A stretch of DNA of 54,223 nucleotides, from positions 1-54,223 of the forward strand of contig JAZDIV010000127.1 of assembly GCA_043804695.1 (NCBI GenBank). Reading direction: 5' to 3'. The first letter of the stretch is position 1, and the number at the start of each line of letters is the position of its first letter. The DNA comes from PVC group bacterium. GTDB taxonomy: Bacteria; Auribacterota; Erginobacteria; Erginobacterales; Erginobacteraceae. The position numbers were made by a program, and so were the translations under genes. This document shows, piece after piece, positions 35,513 through 43,122 of this stretch. Under the pieces are notes generated by a model. That model had not been told where the DNA came from and did not search any database. It saw only the letters and a program-made list of their open reading frames with translations.

Positions 35513-36830
35513 ATCGCTTCTCGTGGCCAACCGGGGCGAGATCGCGGTCCGGATCATCCGGGCCTGCCGCGACCTCGGGGCCCGGGCGGTCGCCGTCTAC
35601 TCCGAGGCCGACCGCCATGCCCTTCACGTCCGGCTGGCCGATCGCGCGATCTGCATCGGCCCCGCCCGGGCCCGGGACAGCTACCTGAAGGGGGAGAACA
35701 TCGTCACCGCCGCCATTCACGCGGACTGCGACGCCGTCCATCCGGGGGTGGGATTTTTATCCGAGGATCCCGGGTTCGCCCGGCTGGTCGAGGCATCGGG
35801 GCTGAAGTGGATCGGCCCCGCGCCCGGGGTGATTGAACTTCTCGGCGACAAGCTGGCCGCCCGGAAGACGGCCCGGAACCTCGGCATCCCGGTCATCCCG
35901 GGAGCGGAGATCGACACGGGGGACCCCGCCTCCGTCCGGAAGACGGCCGAGGCACTGGGTTATCCCGTCATCCTGAAAGCGGCCGGGGGCGGCGGAGGCA
36001 AGGGGATGCGGATCGTCCGGGCGGAGACGGAACTGGAAAGCCTGCTCGCCCTGGCGGCCCGGGAAGCCCGGTCCGCCTTTGCCAACGGCAGCCTTTATCT
36101 GGAAAAATACTTCGAAGATCCCCGCCATGTCGAAATCCAGGTCATCTCCCTCCCCGGCGGCGCCGGACGCCTGTTGGGGGAACGGGACTGCACGGTCCAG
36201 TTCAACCACCAGAAGCTGATCGAGGAGACCCCTTCGCCGGGGCTGGCGGGAAAACTCCGGCAGGCGATGGAAAAGGCCGCGCTGGCCCTTTTCGAGGGAC
36301 TCGGCTACGCCGGGCTGGGGACGGTTGAATTCCTGGTCGCGCGGGGGAAGTATTATTTCATGGAGGTGAACGCCCGCCTCCAGGTGGAGCACTCAGTCAC
36401 CGAGATGCTCACCGGGATCGACCTCGTGCGCCAGCAGATCATCGCCTGCACCGAAAACCGTCTCGATCTGGACGATGATTTCAGGATCCCGCCGGGATAC
36501 GCCCTCGAGTGCAGGATCAACGCCGCCGCCCCCGGACGGGTCCGGGAGTTCATCCCCCCCGGAGGTTTCGGGGTCCGCGTGGACACTCACCTCTTTGCCG
36601 GTCTCGAAATCACCCCTTACTACGATGCCCTGGTCGCCAAGGTCATCGTCGGCGCGCGGGATCGGGCGGAGGGGATCCGGAGGATGCGGCGGGCGCTGGG
36701 CGAGTTTCTGCTCGAGGGGATCCCCACCAACCTCGAACTCCAGAAGGCTGTTATCGCCCACCGGCGATTCGCCCGCGGTGACTTCGGGACCACCACCTTC
36801 GACTCCTGTCTCGAGGAAGAGAAGCCATGA
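35505..36830 (+). CDS. accC: Acetyl-CoA carboxylase biotin carboxylase
   Basis: ATP-grasp motifs (GGGGKGMRIV, EMNARLQVEH-like MEVNARLQVEH). Start overlaps the accB stop. Confidence 0.92.
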   Translation: MIESLLVANRGEIAVRIIRACRDLGARAVAVYSEADRHALHVRLADRAICIGPARARDSYLKGENIVTAAIHADCDAVHPGVGFLSEDPGFARLVEASGLKWIGPAPGVIELLGDKLAARKTARNLGIPVIPGAEIDTGDPASVRKTAEALGYPVILKAAGGGGGKGMRIVRAETELESLLALAAREARSAFANGSLYLEKYFEDPRHVEIQVISLPGGAGRLLGERDCTVQFNHQKLIEETPSPGLAGKLRQAMEKAALALFEGLGYAGLGTVEFLVARGKYYFMEVNARLQVEHSVTEMLTGIDLVRQQIIACTENRLDLDDDFRIPPGYALECRINAAAPGRVREFIPPGGFGVRVDTHLFAGLEITPYYDALVAKVIVGARDRAEGIRRMRRALGEFLLEGIPTNLELQKAVIAHRRFARGDFGTTTFDSCLEEEKP

Positions 36831-37711
36831 AACGGGGCGGTTTTTTCAAACATCTCCCGTTCCTCTCCCGGAGGGGGAAAACGGCGATGGGAAAGGCCCC
36901 TTTCCGGGTCGAGGAACGGGTGCTGGTGAGGAAACGCCACCAGTGCCCCTTCTGTCACCGTCATATCGAGAGCACTGAGCTGGCGAAAAACTTCTTCGTC
37001 TGCCCCGGCTGCTCCCACCATTTCCGTCTCACCCCCCATGAGCGGATTTTATTCCTGGTTGATCCCGGCAGCTTCCGGGAGACGGCGGCGGAGATCACCA
37101 GCCTCAACCCGATCGATTTCCCCGGTTACGAGGAAAAAATCCGGCGGGTGACGAACATCACCGGCATTGACGAGGCGGTCATCACCGGCCACGCGGAGAT
37201 CAGGGGGAGAAAAACGGTCCTGGGAGTGATGTCATTTCAGTTCATGGGAGGGAGCATGGGCTCCGTTGTCGGCGAGAAGATCGCCCGGGTCATTCTCGCC
37301 GGAGCACGGCAAAACCTCCCGGTCACCATCTTTACCGCCTCCGGCGGGGCCCGGATGCAGGAGGGCATCTTTTCCCTGATGCAGATGTCCAAGACCGCCT
37401 GGGCCGCAGGCGAGCTGGAAAGAGCGGGGATGCCGCTCTTCATCGTCCTGACCGATCCCACCATGGGCGGCGTGACCGCCTCCTTCGCCATGCTCGGCGA
37501 CGTCACGCTGGCGGAACCGGGGGCTCTGATCGGCTTTGCCGGGCCCCGGGTGATCGAGGGAACCATCCAGCAGAAACTCCCGGAGAAATTCCAGCGATCG
37601 GAGTTCCTGCTGGGGAAAGGCATGATCGACCTGATCGTGGAGAGGAAGGAACTGCGCCCGACTCTCTCCTATCTGCTGGAAACTCATTCCCGGACGAGGA
37701 GAACCGGATGA
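36827..37711 (+). CDS. accD: Acetyl-CoA carboxylase carboxyltransferase beta subunit
   Basis: CPFC...CPGC zinc ribbon, then GGSMGSVVGEK. ATGA overlap with accC. Confidence 0.9.
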   Translation: MKRGGFFKHLPFLSRRGKTAMGKAPFRVEERVLVRKRHQCPFCHRHIESTELAKNFFVCPGCSHHFRLTPHERILFLVDPGSFRETAAEITSLNPIDFPGYEEKIRRVTNITGIDEAVITGHAEIRGRKTVLGVMSFQFMGGSMGSVVGEKIARVILAGARQNLPVTIFTASGGARMQEGIFSLMQMSKTAWAAGELERAGMPLFIVLTDPTMGGVTASFAMLGDVTLAEPGALIGFAGPRVIEGTIQQKLPEKFQRSEFLLGKGMIDLIVERKELRPTLSYLLETHSRTRRTG

Positions 37712-38709
37712 AAAAGCGGATGATCGAGTCCATGATCCAGGAGCTGATGGCCCTGGCGGAAAGAGACCGGATCGACATCGGCGACGAGATTATTAAACTC
37801 CAGGAAAAAATCACCGCCGGCGACGACCCGTCCGCCCGGGCCTGGGCCCGGGTCCTTCTGGCCCGCCACAGCGAGCGACCGACCGCCCTCGACCTGATCA
37901 ATCGGATCGCCGACCGTTTCCTCGAACTTCACGGAGATCGCAATTTCGCCGACGACCCGGCCCTGATCGGCGGGATCGGTATCATCGACGGCGTCCCCGT
38001 CACCTTCCTCGGACACCAGAAGGGACGGAACCTGAAAGAGAACCTCAAGCGCAACTACGGGATGGCCCATCCGGAGGGCTACCGGAAAGCCTGCCGGCTG
38101 GCACTGCAGGCCGAGAAGTTCGGCCGGCCGATCATCGCCTTCATCGATACCCCCGGCGCCTATCCGGGGATCGCCTCCGAGGAACGGGGGATCGGGGAAG
38201 CGATCGCCCGGAACCTCAAAGTCTTCTCGGCCATCAAAACCCCGATCATCTGCGTCATCACCGGGGAGGGCGGATCGGGCGGAGCACTGGGGATCGGCGT
38301 CGGCGACCGGCTCCTGATGCTGGAGAACGCCATCTACTCGGTGATCTCCCCCGAGGGCTGCGCCGCGATCCTTTTGAAAAACGCCGGGGAAGCCCGCTCC
38401 GCCGCCGCCCTCCTCAAGCTCACCGCCCCCGATCTTCTCCGGTTCGGCATCATCGACGGGATCATCCCCGAGCCGCCCGGCGGCGCTCACCGCAACATTC
38501 CCGCCACCGCCGACGCGATCAAAGAACAGCTGCTCAAGGAGCTCCAGGTACTCCGGACAATTCCCCTCTCTCAACTTCTGAAAAGCCGGGGGGAGAAACT
38601 GCACAATCCGGGAAGATTCCATGAAACAACCAGGGAGCCAAGAGAAGGACTGGTCAATAAATTCATGACCCGGATCCGGGGGTCGTTCTTCCCCCGCCTT
38701 CCCCTTTAG
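37708..38709 (+). CDS. accA: Acetyl-CoA carboxylase carboxyltransferase alpha subunit
   Basis: FIDTPGAYPGIASEERG and GEGGSGGALGIG motifs. ATGA overlap with accD. Confidence 0.9.
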   Translation: MKKRMIESMIQELMALAERDRIDIGDEIIKLQEKITAGDDPSARAWARVLLARHSERPTALDLINRIADRFLELHGDRNFADDPALIGGIGIIDGVPVTFLGHQKGRNLKENLKRNYGMAHPEGYRKACRLALQAEKFGRPIIAFIDTPGAYPGIASEERGIGEAIARNLKVFSAIKTPIICVITGEGGSGGALGIGVGDRLLMLENAIYSVISPEGCAAILLKNAGEARSAAALLKLTAPDLLRFGIIDGIIPEPPGGAHRNIPATADAIKEQLLKELQVLRTIPLSQLLKSRGEKLHNPGRFHETTREPREGLVNKFMTRIRGSFFPRLPL

Positions 38710-38762
38710 CCTTGATTATTCGCAAAACAACAATTCCGGCACGATCTTCTCCCGGCCTGGCC

Positions 38763-39314
38763 ATGCGGGGAAAAAAGAAAATAACCGCCGTTTTCGGAAG
38801 CGCGGTGACGGGAGAGGACACACCCGGCTACCGGGGCGCCGTTGACATCGGGCGGATCATCGGGGAAGCGGGCTACGACATCCTCTGCGGCGGCTACGGG
38901 GGAGTCATGGAGGCGGTCTGCCGGGGCTGCCGGGACGGCGGGGGACGGTGCCACGGGATCGGGCTTCGCCATTTCCCCGATCCGCCCAACCCGTACATCA
39001 ACGAGTTTGTGAAAGCAAAAACGCTGGGCGCCCGGCTTGATTACTTTGTCGCCCACGCCGACCTCTTCCTGGCCCTGGACGGAGGGATCGGTACTATCAC
39101 CGAAATCATGTTCGTCTGGGACCTCCTGAAGAGCGGGCAGATGACCGGCACGACCGTATTTCTGTACGGGAAAGGGTGGGAAAATTTTCTCGCCGACCTC
39201 CGGCGCGATTTCATCATTGACCCGGCGAGCTTCCACCACCTCCGCCTCGTCTCCTCACCGGAAGATTTAAAGCACCACCTGGTCTCGCTTCTCAAAAATA
39301 ACGTTAATAACTAA
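38763..39314 (+). CDS. LOG-family / TIGR00725-like Rossmann protein
   Basis: VFGSA..., CGGYGGVMEA and LDGGIGTITEI motifs. ATG 38763 is preferred over the track start at 38712. Confidence 0.7.
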   Translation: MRGKKKITAVFGSAVTGEDTPGYRGAVDIGRIIGEAGYDILCGGYGGVMEAVCRGCRDGGGRCHGIGLRHFPDPPNPYINEFVKAKTLGARLDYFVAHADLFLALDGGIGTITEIMFVWDLLKSGQMTGTTVFLYGKGWENFLADLRRDFIIDPASFHHLRLVSSPEDLKHHLVSLLKNNVNN

Positions 39315-39403
39315 GTCATTGCGAGGAGCGAAGCGACGAAGCAATCTGACCTGAAGGGTCACAATGCTACGCATTGGATTGCTTCGCTGTCGCTCGCAAT
39401 GAC
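39315..39403. repeat. GTCATTGCGAG inverted-repeat element starting the base after the LOG stop codon
   Basis: gtcattgcgaggagcgaagcgacgaagcaatc-tgacctgaagggtca-...gattgcttcgctgtcgctcgcaatgac. Confidence 0.85.
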
Positions 39404-39633
39404 GATGGCAGCAAGAATCTTTATAGACTCAACACCAGGAGCCCCTCTCACGATTCCCGGTCGGGCGGCACAATGGTGAATTGGTCGCGGATCTCCTCCG
39501 AGATGGCGTTTCGCCTCCTCGACGATCGGCCCCCGGACAGGGAACAAGCCCCCGCCCGGAGAAAACCGGGACAGGGGCTCGCGGCTGATAGTCCGACGTA
39601 ATGGCTCTCGACGATATGTCCCATAACACGGGT

Positions 39634-39804
39634 TCAGATGCCCAATGCTTTGAGCGCGGCCAGGACGTTTTCGTCCCCCCCCGCCGGGGGAGACCAGTCG
39701 ACCTGGACGCAGGTGTATTCGGCGTCGTCCAGGGCTTCCTTGAAAGAAACCAGGCCGATATTGATCGCCTTCAGCTCCTGTTCGAAGAGTCCGTTCAAGA
39801 TCAT
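39634..39804 (-). CDS. 56-aa ORF translationally coupled to fdrA (FdrA/YlbE-associated module, tentative)
   Basis: Not in the ORF track (<60 aa). The ATG overlaps the fdrA stop as ATGA. Sequence is MILNGLFEQELKAINIGLVSFKEALDDAEYTCVQVDWSPPAGGDENVLAALKALGI. The INxGL...VDWxPPAGG pattern is one I recall fused to FdrA or DUF1116 proteins elsewhere. Confidence 0.5.
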   Translation of the reverse strand: MILNGLFEQELKAINIGLVSFKEALDDAEYTCVQVDWSPPAGGDENVLAALKALGI

Positions 39805-41375
39805 TGTTTGCCTCCCAGAATCTTTATAATGTCAACCGTCAGCGCGCTGGCGGCGGCGTTGGTGGGCATCACGATCGCCCCGGCGTCCTGCAGCTCCTTC
39901 TCGACTTTCTTCCGGTTCTGCGGGTCCCGGTAGGTCCCGGTGATCGAGCAGACCACCGCCAGATGGCGGCCGGCCTCCTTCGCGATCTCCTTCGCCTCCC
40001 GGATCGGGGTGACAAGCTCCTGGCCGGGGGCCATGTTCGACCCGTACCCGAGCACGACGTCGAGGAGGATGACCGCGGTTTCGGGATCTTTCGCCTCCTC
40101 CATGATCCTTTTCTTCCGGAGCAGGAAGTCGATCATCGGGTGGGGGCGGCCGACCGTGAACTCGTCCTCGCCCAGGTCGACGACCGTGTTTTCCCGGCTC
40201 TTCCAGATGTCCTCGAGCTTGAAGGCCGGGTCGATCGGGGACGGGCTGTACACCGGGCCGATCTCTTCCTTGAACATCAGCTGGGTCTCGTCGCAGAGCG
40301 TCCCCCCGCTGAAGAGCCCGCGGAGATACTTCTGGCCTTCTTTCATCTTTCCGGCTTCGGCGGCGGCCTGCTTCCCGATCTCTTTCCGGCGCGCGAGCAG
40401 TTCGGCCTCGATCCCCTGCGGGTCCTCGCCCCGGGCCAGAGCGACCGCGATCAGGCCGGCCCGCTCCAGGTCCCGGGCGGACCGGGCTCCCGCCGCGTCC
40501 ATCACCCGGGGATCGCCGCCGATCAGAATCGCCACCACCGGCTTATCGATCCCCTTGATGGTCTCGGCCACCTTCTTGAGAACCTCGGGCGCGGGCGGCT
40601 TGGAGACAAGGACGAGCACCTCGGTGGCGGAATCCGCGGAGAGAGCCTTGATCCCCTCGATGAACATGATCCCGCCGATGTCCTTCTTAACGTCCCTCCC
40701 GCCGGTTCCGATCGCCTGGGAGATCCCCTCCCCCTGGTTGCCGATAATGCAACTCACCTCCTGCAGCCCCGTCCCCGAGGCGGCCACGATCCCGATCCGG
40801 CCCCGCTTGACGACGTTGGCGAAGCAAAGGGGAGCGCCGTTGATGATCGCCGTCCCGCAGTCCGGACCCATCACCAGGAGCCCCTTCTTCCGGGCGAACT
40901 CCTTGAGCTCTTTCCCTTTCTCGATCGAGACGTTGTCCGAGAAGAGCATCACGTGCAGCCCTTTCTCCAGGGCCTCCATCGCCACGTCGACGGCGTATCT
41001 TCCGGCCACGGAGATGAGGGCCATGTTGGCGCCCGGCGCCTGCTCCATCGCCCCCTCGATGCTTTTGGGCAGGTGCTTACCCGAGGAGGCCTTCTTCTGC
41101 TTGCTCTCCACCAGCAGCTCTTCCGCCCGGACCAGGACCTCATCCGCCTTCGCCCCGTCGGCGGCTTTGCCGACGATCAGCAGGTCGGTGTCGGTGGCGC
41201 CCTGGAACTCGGCGAGCAGCATCCCCGACGCGGCCAAAATCTGCTTGTTCTCCGCCGTTCCCATCACCACGGCGGCATCGTCGACCCCCTCCATCTCGGT
41301 GAGGGAGCGGGCGACCAGCATCAGGGTCACCGAGTCAAAGTACTCGCCGGTTTTCTTGATACCCTTAACGGCCAT
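39801..41375 (-). CDS. fdrA: FdrA-family acyl-CoA-synthetase-like protein (succinyl-CoA synthetase alpha-like fold)
   Basis: The N-terminus YFDSVTLMLVARSL...DDAAVVMGT is typical of FdrA. CoA-ligase-like Gly-rich segments are present. 524 aa. Confidence 0.8.
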   Translation of the reverse strand: MAVKGIKKTGEYFDSVTLMLVARSLTEMEGVDDAAVVMGTAENKQILAASGMLLAEFQGATDTDLLIVGKAADGAKADEVLVRAEELLVESKQKKASSGKHLPKSIEGAMEQAPGANMALISVAGRYAVDVAMEALEKGLHVMLFSDNVSIEKGKELKEFARKKGLLVMGPDCGTAIINGAPLCFANVVKRGRIGIVAASGTGLQEVSCIIGNQGEGISQAIGTGGRDVKKDIGGIMFIEGIKALSADSATEVLVLVSKPPAPEVLKKVAETIKGIDKPVVAILIGGDPRVMDAAGARSARDLERAGLIAVALARGEDPQGIEAELLARRKEIGKQAAAEAGKMKEGQKYLRGLFSGGTLCDETQLMFKEEIGPVYSPSPIDPAFKLEDIWKSRENTVVDLGEDEFTVGRPHPMIDFLLRKKRIMEEAKDPETAVILLDVVLGYGSNMAPGQELVTPIREAKEIAKEAGRHLAVVCSITGTYRDPQNRKKVEKELQDAGAIVMPTNAAASALTVDIIKILGGKQ

Positions 41376-41401
41376 AGGAACCCCCTTTTTAAATATTTAT
41401 T

Positions 41402-41540
41402 ACCACCAAGACACTATCCCCTCCCTCGCCCCCTTTAATAACCACCAAGACACTAAGACACTAAGAAACACTAAGAAAATTAATGTTCCCCCTACCTCGC
41501 CCCCTTTTATAACCACCAAGACACTAAGACACTAAGAAAA
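41402..41540. repeat. Two tandem extended CCACCAAG arms (same orientation)
   Basis: accaccaagacactatcccctccctcgccccctttaataaccaccaagacactaagacactaag, then ccccctacctcgcccccttttataaccaccaagacactaagacactaag. These are the reverse complement of the extended right arms at 33569-33629 and 34600-34669. Confidence 0.8.
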
Positions 41541-41550
41541 ATAATTGCGC

Positions 41551-41610
41551 GTTGAACGTTGAGAGTTGAGCGTTGAACGTTCGATGTTCGATGTTCAATG
41601 TTCGACGTTC
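41551..41610. repeat. Short tandem/palindromic repeats (GTTGAACGTT / GTTCGATGTTC units)
   Basis: gttgaacgttgagagttgagcgttgaacgttcgatgttcgatgttcaatgttcgacgttc. Confidence 0.7.
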
Positions 41611-41661
41611 CGCTTTTCATGCCCCATCCCTTACCCCTTACCCATTATCCCTGCTTTTCTG

Positions 41662-42519
41662 TCAGGTCTCAGTATAGCAAAGAAGATCCTTCATGGTTAA
41701 TAAAAAACCGACGCCCATGTCGCTTCCCGAGCTTTCACCAAGTGTAACGAGTTTTTCCGTCTGTCGCCGAATGTGATCGGCGCCACCCTGAAGCAACGCT
41801 ACTACCAATTCCTTAAACCCTTCGAACAGGAACCCGTCGGCGGCCAGGGCCATAAACGAGTTCGACAGGAGATTACCTGAACGGGCGGTTGCCACGATCT
41901 CTTTTCTTAACGCCGAACGATCCGCCCCGTCCAGCCGGTCCAGCAGATTCAGGCCGGCTAGAAGACCGGCAATAAAATCGTCCCCGGATGGCGTCAGGCC
42001 GAACCCGACGCCTTTCAGTTGCCGGATTCCTTCAATTATCCGGGATGTCTCAGCACTATGGATAATCCGGACCGCACCTGCTATCCGCTCGGCGACCTTT
42101 TGATCAAACTGTGTCGCAAAAAACCTTTTCCGGGCCGGCTCGATAAGAAAAGCCAAACTTTTCGGGGGCACGCAATCCAGCAGGACGGTTTCAAAAATAC
42201 TCAAATTGGCCCTTAGTCCGTCAAAATTGACTGTTGCCGTTTCTACCCGGGAATGAAAAATCTCCGCCTGATCGGTTGCAAACGGCCGATCGTTTAAAAA
42301 GATGAAACCTCCGTCCGCGCGGAGAGTGTTAAGCTGCGCGAGATCAATTCCCCGTACAACAATATTGACGGGTCCCCTCCCCACCTCCTCCGTCACCACC
42401 GAGACCAGCCGGTCCCCGTTGGCGAAATTGACGACTCTCTTAAACCGGGAGTGAACCGAGTACTCCCCCGGAAAGACCCGGTCGCCGATATTGATGATTC
42501 CTTCTTCTTTTGCCACCAA
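41662..42519 (-). CDS. DUF2877 (YlbF-like) protein
   Basis: GLTPSGDDFIAGLLAGL motif, with fdrA and DUF1116 genes nearby. The start (TTG 42519 or GTG 42516) lies inside a repeat arm. Confidence 0.6.
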   Translation of the reverse strand: MVAKEEGIINIGDRVFPGEYSVHSRFKRVVNFANGDRLVSVVTEEVGRGPVNIVVRGIDLAQLNTLRADGGFIFLNDRPFATDQAEIFHSRVETATVNFDGLRANLSIFETVLLDCVPPKSLAFLIEPARKRFFATQFDQKVAERIAGAVRIIHSAETSRIIEGIRQLKGVGFGLTPSGDDFIAGLLAGLNLLDRLDGADRSALRKEIVATARSGNLLSNSFMALAADGFLFEGFKELVVALLQGGADHIRRQTEKLVTLGESSGSDMGVGFLLTMKDLLCYTET

Positions 42520-42962
42520 GACACCAAGTTAAAGAACCCTTCGTTGAATGCCGAACTTCATAATGGGAACGTTAAAATTAAGAATGAACCCCAATCGTTT
42601 CCCGGTAAGTTTTATGTGGCTTAACAACTGAGCCTCCCAGACAGGATTGACTTTATCTACGGCCTTCAATTCACAGATAACCAAGTCGTCAACCAACACA
42701 TCTAACCGGAGTCCTTCATCGAAGAGCAACCCATCGTATTCTATAGGGACATCAACTTGGCGAAGGACATTATGTCCACGCTTAGACAACTCATGGCAAA
42801 AACAAACCTCGTATACTTTTTCAAGCAATCCTGGACCGAGTGCCTTATGTACCGTGTAAGCCGCATCTACAATCGACTTGGCAATTCGATCTTCTTCTTC
42901 GGATATAGGTTTAAATTTCTCACTCAATTTATTCCCCCTTGGTGACTTGGTGCCTTGGTGGC
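42512..42962. mobile_element. CCACCAAG-arm inverted-repeat element carrying a GxxExxY gene as cargo (candidate autonomous copy)
   Basis: The arms are gccaccaagacaccaag (42512-42528) and cttggtgacttggtgccttggtggc (42938-42962). The 409-nt loop is filled by one AT-richer ORF. A 42-nt direct duplication of arm plus flank lies at 43081-43122. Confidence 0.35.
42529..42927 (-). CDS. GxxExxY-family protein (PD-(D/E)XK nuclease-like fold as I recall)
   Basis: GPGLLEKVYE contains the G-x-x-E-x-x-Y signature, in the typical context IAKSIVDAAYTVHKALGPGLLEKVYEVCFCHEL. TTG at 42927 has GGGGG 6 nt upstream. The longer track ORF to 43023 reads through repeat arms. Confidence 0.75.
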   Translation of the reverse strand: MSEKFKPISEEEDRIAKSIVDAAYTVHKALGPGLLEKVYEVCFCHELSKRGHNVLRQVDVPIEYDGLLFDEGLRLDVLVDDLVICELKAVDKVNPVWEAQLLSHIKLTGKRLGFILNFNVPIMKFGIQRRVL

Positions 42963-43080
42963 GAAATTCATTTAGCCTTTCCCTCGTTACCACGCTCTGC
43001 GTGGCAACGTACTTGAGGAACACTCGCTCTGCTCCTTCGTCCCCACGCGGAGCATGGGAACGAGAAATTTCTCTCTTTTT

Positions 43081-43122
43081 CTTGGTGACTTGGTGTCTTG
43101 GTGGCGAAATTCATTTAGCCTT
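43081..43122. repeat. Second copy of arm plus flank (direct repeat of 42938-42979, 41/42 identical)
   Basis: cttggtgacttggtgtcttggtggcgaaattcatttagcctt. Includes the last three codons and stop of the NCS1 gene on the minus strand. Confidence 0.85.

Noticed and set aside
39359-39629. 62- to 75-aa ORFs between the LOG gene and the small fdrA-coupled ORF
   Set aside because: They are partly repeat-derived with no SD, no motif and mutually overlapping frames. This is probably non-coding spacer or a decayed gene remnant.
39804-41535. 544-aa and 531-aa + strand ORFs across fdrA
   Set aside because: Both are antisense shadow ORFs with low-complexity R/G/P/S-rich composition. The minus-strand FdrA reading frame carries the recognisable motifs.
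41402-41610. Possible CRISPR array (also considered at 14051-14138)
   Set aside because: The repeats are tandem or palindromic with no regular unique spacers, units are 8-12 nt or arm fragments, and no cas genes are present.
42529-43023. Long form of the GxxExxY ORF (164 aa)
   Set aside because: The N-terminal 32 residues read through a CCACCAAG arm and hairpin repeats (..EFRHQGTKSPRG..). Family members are about 125-135 aa, and a TTG with GGGGG upstream fits that length.
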